Shown: positions 47,079-55,532 of the stretch, piece after piece
How positions within the stretch are numbered: position 1 is the first letter of the stretch
Layout of the letters: the number at the start of each line of letters is the position of its first letter
NCBI GenBank assembly: GCA_028698175.1
Contig: JAQVDU010000002.1
Coordinates: 1 to 55,776, forward strand
From: a bacterium
Lineage (GTDB): Bacteria; Hydrothermota; 32-111
DNA length: 55,776 nucleotides
Direction: 5' to 3'
Translations under genes and position numbers: made by a program
Notes under the pieces: model-generated
The model's input: only the letters and a program-made list of their open reading frames with translations
The model's database searches: none
What the model was told of the DNA's origin: nothing

Positions 47079-48089
47079 ATGAATACATTATTAAAAAGAC
47101 TCACTGAAGCAAGCGGAGTATCCGGCTGCGAAGAGAGCGTGCGCGACATCATTATTGAAGAGATAAAACCGCTTTGCGACACTCTAAAAATAGACAAAAT
47201 GGGAAATCTTATTGCCTTCAAAAGAGGTTCTTCGGAGAAAAGAAAGAAGGTCATGGTGGGCGCCCACATGGATGAAGTGGGTTTCATGATAAAATCCATC
47301 GACGACAACGGAGCTTTAAAGTTTATGACTGCCGGTTCGATAGACAGAAGAGTTCTTATCGGAAAGCGCGTTCTTGTTGGAAAGGAGAGAATCCCTGGAG
47401 CCATAGCATACAAAGCGGTTCATAATCAGAGGGGCGAATATGAAACTCTTCCTAAAGTTGAACAGCTCTCGATAGACATAGGCTGCTCGGAGAAAAAAGA
47501 AGCGGAGAAGTTTGTTTCCGTTGGCGACTATGCCGTATTTGCGACGAATTACGAAGAGCGCGGCGATATACTCAAGGGAAAGGCTTTTGACGACAGGTTC
47601 GGCTGCTATGCTATAATAGAGCTCTTTAAGACAAAACACAAGCATGACCTCTATGGAGCCTTTTTTGTTCAGGAAGAGGTCGGACTGCGCGGTTCTGCTC
47701 CCTCTGCCGTTTCAATTGAACCTGATTATGCAATAGTTCTTGAGGGAACCTCTGCCGCTGACATGCCTCATGAGAAAGACGAGGCGGATTTTCCGCAGAT
47801 GCAGAAGGGAGTCGTTGTGACAATTTCCGACAGAACTTTCTTTGCAAACAGAGATTTCCTGTCGCTTGTTAAAAAGACTGCGAAGGATAACAAAATAAAG
47901 ATGCAGTTCAAACAGCCTCAGATCGGAGGCACGGATGCAGGAATGATTCACGTGGCGAACGGCGGAATACAAACCATGGTCTTTGCCGTGCCGTCCAGAT
48001 ATATTCACTCTCCGGTCTGCTTTGCCTCCAAATCAGACCTCAACGGAATGATTGAGTTGGCCAAGAAAACAATTAACTCATTAAAATAG
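47079..48089 (+). CDS. M42-family aminopeptidase, copy 2
   Basis: VSGCEE, GAHMDEVGF, AFDDRFG, VQEEVGLRG, YIHSPV. Confidence 0.88.
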   Translation: MNTLLKRLTEASGVSGCEESVRDIIIEEIKPLCDTLKIDKMGNLIAFKRGSSEKRKKVMVGAHMDEVGFMIKSIDDNGALKFMTAGSIDRRVLIGKRVLVGKERIPGAIAYKAVHNQRGEYETLPKVEQLSIDIGCSEKKEAEKFVSVGDYAVFATNYEERGDILKGKAFDDRFGCYAIIELFKTKHKHDLYGAFFVQEEVGLRGSAPSAVSIEPDYAIVLEGTSAADMPHEKDEADFPQMQKGVVVTISDRTFFANRDFLSLVKKTAKDNKIKMQFKQPQIGGTDAGMIHVANGGIQTMVFAVPSRYIHSPVCFASKSDLNGMIELAKKTINSLK

Positions 48090-48099
48090 AGGTGATCAA

Positions 48100-49107
48100 A
48101 TGAAATCAATTATCAGAGATCTCACTGAGATAATAGGACCCTCATCCTACGAAGAGCTTGTCGCAGATGCGATAGAGAAGATGATAAAGAAAAACAAGAA
48201 TCTTGAAATCAAAAGAGATGTGATGGGCAACCTGATAGCAAGAAAAAGGGGGGGCGGAAAAAAAATAATGATTGCCGCTCACATGGATGAGATAGGCTTC
48301 ATGGTCAAGCACATTGATAAAAACGGATTTCTGCGTTTTGCCGTTGTCGGCGGCATTTTCAACCACAACATAATAGAGAATCACGTGAAATTCACGTCCG
48401 GCGTTGAGGGAGTGATCGGAGTGGAATCAAAGACCTTCAATTGGAAGGATATTCCTTCCGCAGATAAAATGTTTATAGACATTGGCGCAAAGAGCAAGGC
48501 GGAGGCTGAAAAACTTGTCTCTATAGGTTCGCTTGCTGGTATGAAGGCGACGTTCGTTGACATGGGAAAGAGAATTTCCACAAAGACGCTTGACGACAGG
48601 GTCGGATGCGCAATGCTTGTAAAGCTCGCCTTATCTGAAATAAAATCAAATAATGACGTTTATTTTGTCTTCACGACGCAGGAAGAGGTGGGGCTTCGCG
48701 GCGCAAAAACCTCAGCTTTCGGAATATCTCCCGACTTTGCCGTGGCAATTGACGTTACAGACACCGGAGACACTCCGGAGAGCCATGTGATGGAGGTCTC
48801 TCTCGGCAAGGGGCCGGCCATTAAGGTTATGGATTCTGGAATGGTCGTTAGAAAACCTGTGATTGATTTCATGAAGGAGACGGCAGAGAAAAACAAAATT
48901 CCTTACCAGCTTGAAATTCTCACCGCAGGGTCGACAGATGCAATGGTCATGCAGACCAACAAGGACGGAGTTCTCGCGGGAGTCATCTCAGTTCCGACGA
49001 GATACATTCACTCTCAGGCGGAGACATGCGACATGGATGACGTGGAAAACGGGGTGAAACTTTTAAAGGCAATGATTGAAACCGACCTTTCAAAAAAAGG
49101 ATTTTAA
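48100..49107 (+). CDS. M42-family aminopeptidase, copy 3
   Basis: AAHMDEIGF, TLDDRVG, TQEEVGLRG, YIHSQAE. Confidence 0.88.
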   Translation: MKSIIRDLTEIIGPSSYEELVADAIEKMIKKNKNLEIKRDVMGNLIARKRGGGKKIMIAAHMDEIGFMVKHIDKNGFLRFAVVGGIFNHNIIENHVKFTSGVEGVIGVESKTFNWKDIPSADKMFIDIGAKSKAEAEKLVSIGSLAGMKATFVDMGKRISTKTLDDRVGCAMLVKLALSEIKSNNDVYFVFTTQEEVGLRGAKTSAFGISPDFAVAIDVTDTGDTPESHVMEVSLGKGPAIKVMDSGMVVRKPVIDFMKETAEKNKIPYQLEILTAGSTDAMVMQTNKDGVLAGVISVPTRYIHSQAETCDMDDVENGVKLLKAMIETDLSKKGF

Positions 49108-49863
49108 TTGAAAAGACCTCACACAATTATCTACATAACTCCGGACGGAAAGGTAAAGAGAGAGTTCGCATTAAATCAGACGCTTTTTAAAATTATTGTT
49201 TACTCTTTGGCGTCTCTTGTCCTTCTTGTAATTGTTGCCCTTGTTTTCGTTGGAACAGTTTACTCTGATGCCATTCAGAAGAGGGTGTATGCAGACAGGG
49301 TCGTTAAGATGGAGCAGGAGATGAAGAAGATAGAGAAGCTGAAGCAGGACATTCTCTACCTCTATGATAAAAGCGAAAAAATAAAGGAACTTCTCGGCAT
49401 TGACATTCAAAACTCTATACTCAGGTCCCACTATGATGAAACAAGAAGGGTTACAATCGACACGATGGTGACAAAGGAATCCCTTACCAATCTTGAGAGT
49501 TCTGTACCCGACGTCAATCCCACTGAGGGGGAGATATCGAGAAAGTTTTCCAAAGAGCATCCCGCGATAGACATCGCGACCTCTGCCGGCTCTCCGGTGG
49601 TCTCTGCAATTGACGGCACAGTCAGCTCCGTCGGGTGGGATGAAAATTTCGGCAATTACGTGAAGATACGCAACAAAGATTTTGAGGTTTTTTACGGACA
49701 TCTTGAGAAGGCGTACGTAAAGAATCTTCAAAGCGTAAAGAAGGGCGAGATTGTCGGTTTGGTGGGCAATTCAGGAAAATCAACGGCGCCGCACCTTCAT
49801 TATGAAATTGTTGCTGACACATCTCTTGTGGATCCGGAAAAATTTCTTGTTAAAACAAAGTAA
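49108..49863 (+). CDS. Membrane-anchored M23 (LytM) metallopeptidase with a coiled-coil linker
   Basis: TTG start directly abuts the preceding TAA. TM helix IIVYSLASLVLLVIVALVF. M23 motifs HPAIDIA (HxxxD) and HLHYEI (HxH). Confidence 0.85.
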   Translation: MKRPHTIIYITPDGKVKREFALNQTLFKIIVYSLASLVLLVIVALVFVGTVYSDAIQKRVYADRVVKMEQEMKKIEKLKQDILYLYDKSEKIKELLGIDIQNSILRSHYDETRRVTIDTMVTKESLTNLESSVPDVNPTEGEISRKFSKEHPAIDIATSAGSPVVSAIDGTVSSVGWDENFGNYVKIRNKDFEVFYGHLEKAYVKNLQSVKKGEIVGLVGNSGKSTAPHLHYEIVADTSLVDPEKFLVKTK

Positions 49864-49879
49864 ATAAAGGAGCATAAAT

Positions 49880-50248
49880 ATGGAAAAAACAAACGTCGGC
49901 ATTACAAACATCATCGGAGAGGGAACGGAGGTAACGGGAAAGGTCTTTGTGCCCGGCTCTGTCCGGATAGACGGAAGGGTTGACGGAGAAGTCACGATCA
50001 CAGAGATGATGACCGTAGGCAGGAGCGGCAACCTGAAGGGCACAATAACCACGAAAGACGCAGTTGTGGGCGGAAGAATAGAGGGCACTCTCAACGTGAA
50101 AAACAGAATAGAGCTTCAAAAAACCGCAAAGGTCTCTGTTGACATGAACTGCAAGCTTCTGGTGATTGAAGAGGGAGTCGTCTTTGACGGTACATGCTCA
50201 ATGACAAAGGGAAGCGACAAACAGGAGCCGCTCAAGCCTAAGGCGTGA
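49880..50248 (+). CDS. Bactofilin (DUF583 polymer-forming cytoskeletal protein)
   Basis: Repetitive beta-helix pattern: GTEVTGKVFVPGSVRIDGRVDGEV..GNLKGTITTKDAVVGGRIEGTL. Confidence 0.88.
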   Translation: MEKTNVGITNIIGEGTEVTGKVFVPGSVRIDGRVDGEVTITEMMTVGRSGNLKGTITTKDAVVGGRIEGTLNVKNRIELQKTAKVSVDMNCKLLVIEEGVVFDGTCSMTKGSDKQEPLKPKA

Positions 50249-51066
50249 ATTTAAAAAAATTTTCTTTATCCTTGTTTCTGCTCACATCGTTTTTCTCCTG
50301 CGGAAAAAAGCTTCCTCCGCCTTCACCCGACATATTCCCGGCAAAAATAGTGAGCGGATACTATATCCCAAATTCCCAGATAAGAGTGGATTTCAACGAA
50401 CAGCTTAACAGCGACTTTGATTCTGTTCAGTGCGTCATAAACGGAAATCTGTATCCTGCAAAAGGATATGTCAAGGGAAGCTCTCTCTTTATTGATTATG
50501 ATTATGACTCCGCGGCAACCATGCTCCACCTCTTTGGAGTAAAGGATGAGAAGAAGAACAAAAAAAATTATCTGTCTGTAGCTATCAACGGAAAAATTCA
50601 AAGAGACACGATGCCGCCCGAAATAATCAAAAGGGTTCTTTCAGATTCTATTCTTCTTCTCGAGTTCTCGGAAGATATCGCATCATGCTCTCTTGAGCTT
50701 CTCCCCGAATACGTAAAATACACTTACGAGATATCCAAAAACCGGCTGATTGCAAAATTCACAGACACACTCGGTTATTATCCCCTGCAGATGTTTGTCT
50801 TTAAAGCAGAGGATATGAGAAAAAACAGAATTCTTTTTCCGATAGAATACAGATTTGCAAACATGGAAGACACATCTTCCTGCGTCTCTTTAAGAATCGA
50901 TTCACTTGAAAATTTTTCGACCATATCTCTTTATGATGCTGATTCAATGCTGATATACAAGAAGAATTCTGGTTTTTCAAGTTTTGTTCTCTTTGAAAAT
51001 CTAAAACAGGGAAGATATGATGTCAGGGGAGAATCTTTCTTTCTCGACACCCTGATTCTGAAGTAA
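50245..51066 (+). CDS. Lipoprotein, Ig-like, unknown function, translationally coupled to bactofilin
   Basis: GTG start overlaps the bactofilin stop (GTGA). Lipobox FFSC. Confidence 0.65.
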   Translation: MNLKKFSLSLFLLTSFFSCGKKLPPPSPDIFPAKIVSGYYIPNSQIRVDFNEQLNSDFDSVQCVINGNLYPAKGYVKGSSLFIDYDYDSAATMLHLFGVKDEKKNKKNYLSVAINGKIQRDTMPPEIIKRVLSDSILLLEFSEDIASCSLELLPEYVKYTYEISKNRLIAKFTDTLGYYPLQMFVFKAEDMRKNRILFPIEYRFANMEDTSSCVSLRIDSLENFSTISLYDADSMLIYKKNSGFSSFVLFENLKQGRYDVRGESFFLDTLILK

Positions 51067-51073
51067 AGAAAGA

Positions 51074-51090
51074 GGAGGACAATGTCCTCC
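51074..51090. terminator. Short hairpin between convergent genes
   Basis: ggaggac-aat-gtcctcc. A weak, 7-bp stem. Confidence 0.3.
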
Positions 51091-51112
51091 CCGCAAATTC
51101 CATATTAAAAAA

Positions 51113-51649
51113 TCAATAATTCTCTACAAAGAGCTCAAAGAATGCCTTCGGATGTTTGCAGACAGGGCATATCTCAGGCGCCTCCGACCCTTCGTGAATG
51201 TGTCCGCAGTTTCTGCATTTCCAGTAAACCTTCTTTGCGTTCTTAAAGACGATTTTCTTCTCGACGCTGTCAAGAAGCTTTCTGTATCTTGCCTCATGGT
51301 CCTTCTCGACGCTTCCTATGGCGTCAAACATCTTTGCGATATCTTCGAAACCCTCCTCTCTTGCCTCTTTTGCCATCTGCGGATACATCTGTGTGGTCTC
51401 ATGGTTCTCTCCGTCCGCAGCAGCTTTGAGGTTCTCTGTCGTGGTGCCGATGCCGCTTAAAGCCTTGAAGTGGAGCTTCGCGTGCTCCTTTTCGTTTTCC
51501 GCCGTTTCAAGGAATATCCCGGCTATCTGTTCATACCCCTCTTTCTTCGCCACTGATGCGAAATAGGTGTATTTGTTTCTTGCCATTGATTCTCCGGCGA
51601 AAGCATCGTGAAGATTCTTCTCTGTCTTTGTTCCCTTTAGATCTTTCAT
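51113..51649 (-). CDS. rbr: Rubrerythrin
   Basis: Ferritin-like diiron ExxH motifs (ENEKEHAKLH, EKDHEARY) plus a C-terminal rubredoxin-like CRNCG...CPVC. Confidence 0.95.
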   Translation of the reverse strand: MKDLKGTKTEKNLHDAFAGESMARNKYTYFASVAKKEGYEQIAGIFLETAENEKEHAKLHFKALSGIGTTTENLKAAADGENHETTQMYPQMAKEAREEGFEDIAKMFDAIGSVEKDHEARYRKLLDSVEKKIVFKNAKKVYWKCRNCGHIHEGSEAPEICPVCKHPKAFFELFVENY

Positions 51650-51680
51650 TATACCTCCGTTTGCTGTTTTGTTTCTGTTG

Positions 51681-51692
51681 ATATTGCAATAT
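51681..51692. promoter_or_regulatory. Perfect 12-bp palindrome ATATTGCAATAT upstream of rbr (candidate operator)
   Basis: Lies 32-43 nt upstream of the rbr start codon, in the 48-nt dfx-rbr spacer. Confidence 0.3.
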
Positions 51693-51697
51693 AAAAA

Positions 51698-52084
51698 TCA
51701 CGCCTTCCAAAGCATGTGTTTGTTGCAGTATTCCCGCACCTCTTTGACCTCTGATTTCTTTATGTTAAACATTGCAGACGGATTCTCTCCCGGTTTGAGC
51801 TCGCGCCTGAACACTTCACGCTCAGTCATCACCTCTATGAAGACTATGTAATGGTCGTTTTCCATCGGATGAGGGACAGAGCCGATTTTAACTATAATTT
51901 TGTCATCCCCGAGCTCTTCTATGACCGGAGTGTGCTTCTCTTTTCCTTCGTCCCCGCTCTTTGGAGTGAGCTTATTCATCGGTTTGCCGCAGCAGACCAG
52001 GGCGGGAGCTCCGGTGTTGACAATCTCAACCACATTGCCGCAGATTTCGCACCGGTAAATTTCTCTAAGTTCTGTCTTTGCCAT
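51698..52084 (-). CDS. dfx: Desulfoferrodoxin (2Fe superoxide reductase)
   Basis: N-terminal desulforedoxin CEICGN...CCGKPM. SOR centre residues in KHTPVIE, HPMENDHYI and CNKH. Confidence 0.93.
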   Translation of the reverse strand: MAKTELREIYRCEICGNVVEIVNTGAPALVCCGKPMNKLTPKSGDEGKEKHTPVIEELGDDKIIVKIGSVPHPMENDHYIVFIEVMTEREVFRRELKPGENPSAMFNIKKSEVKEVREYCNKHMLWKA

Positions 52085-52093
52085 TTTTCCTCC

Positions 52094-52582
52094 TTACTCT
52101 CTTTTTCCGAGTTGTTTGTCAAGCATTATAAGGCCATTGCCGGAATCCTTTATTTTCTGAAGAATCTTCACGATTTTATCAAATGAGGCCTCCTCTTCAA
52201 CCTGTTCATCAACATACCATTTGAGAAATGACTCTGAAGCATAGTCATTCTCTTTCTTTGCGAGAGCCATCAGATTGTTTATGTTCTTTGTCACAGTGAG
52301 CTCGTGGCCGTATGCGTATTTGAATACTTCAAGAACCGACTTGAAATCATTCTTCGGAGAATCTATCTTCTGAAGAATTACGTTTTCTCCTCTATCATAA
52401 AGAAATTCGAAGAATTTCATCGCATGCGAATGCTCTTCCTTTGCCTGGATTGTCATCCACTTTGCCATGCCGTCGAAATTTTCCCCTTTTAAAAACGCCG
52501 CCATCTGCAGATAGAGATACTCTGAAAAGAGTTCTCTCTGAATCTGGTCATTGATCTCTTTTGCCATCTTTTTGCTTATCAT
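52094..52582 (-). CDS. ftn: Non-haem ferritin
   Basis: Ferroxidase-centre pattern: ELFSEYLYLQMAA, QAKEEHSHAMKF. Confidence 0.9.
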   Translation of the reverse strand: MISKKMAKEINDQIQRELFSEYLYLQMAAFLKGENFDGMAKWMTIQAKEEHSHAMKFFEFLYDRGENVILQKIDSPKNDFKSVLEVFKYAYGHELTVTKNINNLMALAKKENDYASESFLKWYVDEQVEEEASFDKIVKILQKIKDSGNGLIMLDKQLGKRE

Positions 52583-53742
52583 GATATAACTCCTTTTAAT
52601 TTGTTTTTCATTTCAACCAAAGCTTCCTCCTTTAAAACAAACTGATGCTTGAAGGATGCTGTTATCTGGAAACCCGCCTTTGCAAGTACATCTTCCACGT
52701 CTTTCACGGATTCCCCGCCCCAGCCGTATGATCCGAATGCTATGCCTTTTCTGTTTTTCGGCGCAAGTCCCGAGAGGTATGTGAGAAATCCGCTTACAGA
52801 AGGAAGCATTCTTCTGTTTAGGGTGGGTGAGCCGACTGCAACATACTCTGCGTCGATTATCTCTGTCATAGCATCCGACATATGCCAGTTTTTAAGATTG
52901 CAGAGAGTTGCCTTATATCCTGAATCTTCAAAAGCTTCGTAAATGGCGAGAGCCATCTTTTGAGTCGATCCCCACATTGTGTCATAGACAACAACACCTT
53001 TTTTCCCGACTTCGTTTGAAGACCATTTTGAGTACTCTTTAAGAATTTCTCCTATGGATTTTCTCCAAATTATCCCATGGCTCGGGCATATTGTCTCTAT
53101 CTTCAGATTCTTGAGAACATCAAGGGCCGCTGAGACCTGCTGGGAGTAAGGAAGAACTATGTTTGCATAATATTTTTTCGCCTGAGTAATGACCTCATCC
53201 TGTGAGACCTCATCATCAAACCGCTCAATTGAGGCAAAGTGCTGACCGAAAGAATCATTAGAGAAGAGGATCCTGTGATTTTCAAGATACGAGACCATAT
53301 TATCCGGCCAATGGACCATGGGGGTCTGCTGAAAAATTATCTTGTTTTCTCCCATGTCGAGAGAATCCCCGCTCTTCACGACTCTGTATTTGATATCCTT
53401 AAAAAAGTGGTTTTTTAGCCCACGCTCCCCCTGAGGACACGTCACAACGTCAGCATCCTCTGCAATATCAAGAAGCATTGGTATTGAACCGGAATGGTCC
53501 ATTTCAACGTGATTTGAAACAATGTGGCGTATGTTTTTGGGTTCAATCACCTGTTTTATTCTTGAAAGCATCTCGTCAAACTTGTAATGCTTGACAGTAT
53601 CGATAAGTGTCGGTTCTTTGTCCAGAATAAGATATGAATTGTATGTTGAACCGCGTTCTGTTGTGTATCCGTGAAAATCCCGCAAATCCCAGTCGATTGC
53701 TCCAACCCAATAGATGTTCTCTGCTATTCTGACCGGCTTCAT
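52579..53742 (-). CDS. fprA: Flavodiiron protein (type A flavoprotein, O2/NO reductase)
   Basis: Start set at MKPVRI because that ATG shares one nt with the hrb stop (TGATG). Metallo-beta-lactamase HVEMDHSG motif plus a C-terminal flavodoxin domain (VVVYDTMWGSTQKMA). Confidence 0.92.
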   Translation of the reverse strand: MKPVRIAENIYWVGAIDWDLRDFHGYTTERGSTYNSYLILDKEPTLIDTVKHYKFDEMLSRIKQVIEPKNIRHIVSNHVEMDHSGSIPMLLDIAEDADVVTCPQGERGLKNHFFKDIKYRVVKSGDSLDMGENKIIFQQTPMVHWPDNMVSYLENHRILFSNDSFGQHFASIERFDDEVSQDEVITQAKKYYANIVLPYSQQVSAALDVLKNLKIETICPSHGIIWRKSIGEILKEYSKWSSNEVGKKGVVVYDTMWGSTQKMALAIYEAFEDSGYKATLCNLKNWHMSDAMTEIIDAEYVAVGSPTLNRRMLPSVSGFLTYLSGLAPKNRKGIAFGSYGWGGESVKDVEDVLAKAGFQITASFKHQFVLKEEALVEMKNKLKGVIS

Positions 53743-54452
53743 CAACTCTCCGGAGTGAAGTCCGACTTTCCGGCTCCGCAGACAGGGCACACCCAATCAT
53801 CAGGGATCTTTTCAAATGGCGTTCCGGGCGCAATTCCTCCGTCAGGGTCTCCCTTTTCTGGATCATAAACGTATCCGCACACGTCGCATTTATACTTTTT
53901 CATTCCACCCTCCTTTTTTTCTTCTTTTTTATTGTCCGACTGATATGTCGGTGCATTCTTCGGCGACTTTCCCTTTTTTACCAGATGGTAATAAGCATAA
54001 GTCATCATCTCTCTGTCGGAATAAACCTCCGCATCAATAAGCTCTCCGATGAAAATCGTGTGAGTGCTGACGTCTATCTTGTTTATAACTTTAAAATCGA
54101 GACCTGCAACCGCAAAATCAGTTACAATGGGGGCTCCGGTTGAAAGCTTCTTAAATTTCACCTTTTCGAATTTATCTGTCTCCCGTCCTGATTTGAATCC
54201 GAAATTTCCTATGAAGTTCATGTCTGCATCTTCCGAGATAACAGAAACGGCAAAGACCTTGCTTTTTTCAATGTATTCGTGTGTGAGGTTAAGTTTGTTG
54301 ATTGAAACTGCAACTGTGGGTGGTTCGGAGGTTATCTGAAAGAGCGTGTTTGCTATCTGTCCGTTCATTTTATCATTGTTAAGAGACGTAACGACGTACA
54401 TTCCGTACGAGACCTTGAAAAGCGCGCTCTTGTCCATCATTCCTCCTTGCAT
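53742..54452 (-). CDS. hrb: High-molecular-weight rubredoxin: flavin-reductase-like domain fused to rubredoxin
   Basis: N-terminal FMN split-barrel-like domain. C-terminal [13 protein letters not shown]...[13 protein letters not shown] rubredoxin. The exact start (M1, M5 or M6) is uncertain. Confidence 0.85.
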   Translation of the reverse strand: MQGGMMDKSALFKVSYGMYVVTSLNNDKMNGQIANTLFQITSEPPTVAVSINKLNLTHEYIEKSKVFAVSVISEDADMNFIGNFGFKSGRETDKFEKVKFKKLSTGAPIVTDFAVAGLDFKVINKIDVSTHTIFIGELIDAEVYSDREMMTYAYYHLVKKGKSPKNAPTYQSDNKKEEKKEGGMKKYKCDVCGYVYDPEKGDPDGGIAPGTPFEKIPDDWVCPVCGAGKSDFTPES

Positions 54453-54856
54453 TTTTTACAGATTCCGTATAGATACATCTCACCGCTTAAAACTTTGTGC
54501 TCGGGTGAAGTTACTTTTGGAGAAGATTTTAATATGTCATAAACCTCTCCGCACTTTGTGCATTTGAAGTGCATATGGTCTGACGAATCTATGTCAAATC
54601 TCACCAGATTCCCATCTATGAAAAGCCTGCGTGCCATTCCCTTATCCGCAAAGAGGTTTAGCGTGCTGTGCACCGTTGTTCTAGAAAGCGTCGGAATAAA
54701 GCCGACAAGGTCAATGTAAACCCTCTCAGCCGAGGGATGGACTCTGTGGCTTATAAGATATTCGTAAATTTTTATTCTTTGAAATGAAGGAGCTATTCCT
54801 TTTTTTAAAAGGATCTCCTTTATTTCTTCGGAATAAACCAGATTTTCTCTCTTCAT
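54437..54856 (-). CDS. perR: Fur-family peroxide-responsive regulator (PerR-like)
   Basis: Winged-helix N-terminus. HxH-type metal motif ([11 protein letters not shown]) and a second CxxC (CKKC). The ATG at 54856 overlaps the ogg stop (ATGA). Confidence 0.8.
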   Translation of the reverse strand: MKRENLVYSEEIKEILLKKGIAPSFQRIKIYEYLISHRVHPSAERVYIDLVGFIPTLSRTTVHSTLNLFADKGMARRLFIDGNLVRFDIDSSDHMHFKCTKCGEVYDILKSSPKVTSPEHKVLSGEMYLYGICKKCKEE

Positions 54857-55488
54857 TTGAATATCCTTCCCGCCTCCTTGTACCACAAAACAAAATCAAG
54901 GTGGCTTAAGGGAATCCGGGAGGCGCGTGAAAATTGAGCCATACTCTCTTCTATTTCCTGATATGATTTTTTTGTAAGCGACTTTGGCACTTCATCAATT
55001 ATACCCAATAATTTTAAATTTTTCAATATGTGTCTGTCGAGAATCGCAAGATTTTCACCCAGGCCGATATTCCTTAAAAAATGGCTTGCCTCTTTATATC
55101 CTATTCCCTTAACGTTTGTCACAAGAAATTCGCGCATTTTGAAAACATCCTTCAGGCAGACCATTTCGTCAAAGAGTCCGTTATTCCATTTTTTCTGAGC
55201 ATCTTCAAAGTACTTTGCCTTGTTATTCATAAACCGGACCTTTTTAATGTGCAAAAGAATCTCCGAACTCTTATGCTTCTTTTTCATGTTTTTTTTAATT
55301 GAGCAGATTGAATCCCAGCAAGAGGTCGCCTTTGACTGGGGCGTAAGAAGACAGAATCCCAGCTCGTAAAAGAGTTCGTCCCTGCTCATCTTTTCTCTTG
55401 TCTCAATGAATTCACAGAGCCGTTTCTCTATATCCGGCTTTACGGCAGAGTAGATTGCTTTTATTTCAGAGTAGAGTTTTTTGTCCAT
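54853..55488 (-). CDS. ogg: Archaeal-type 8-oxoguanine DNA glycosylase/lyase (Ogg2, HhH-GPD)
   Basis: FCLLTPQS, and GIGYKEASHFLRNIG (catalytic Lys) followed by LDRHIL (Asp), as in Ogg2-family enzymes. Confidence 0.8.
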   Translation of the reverse strand: MDKKLYSEIKAIYSAVKPDIEKRLCEFIETREKMSRDELFYELGFCLLTPQSKATSCWDSICSIKKNMKKKHKSSEILLHIKKVRFMNNKAKYFEDAQKKWNNGLFDEMVCLKDVFKMREFLVTNVKGIGYKEASHFLRNIGLGENLAILDRHILKNLKLLGIIDEVPKSLTKKSYQEIEESMAQFSRASRIPLSHLDFVLWYKEAGRIFK

Positions 55489-55517
55489 AATTTGTATTTA
55501 TTACAATGTTGAATTAA

Positions 55518-55532
55518 ATATAATAATTATTC
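55518..55532. promoter_or_regulatory. PerR/Fur-box-like site ATATAATAATTATTC upstream of ogg-perR
   Basis: Matches 11 of the 14 specified positions of the 7-1-7 PerR box TTATAATNATTATAA. Lies 30-44 nt upstream of the ogg start. Confidence 0.4.
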
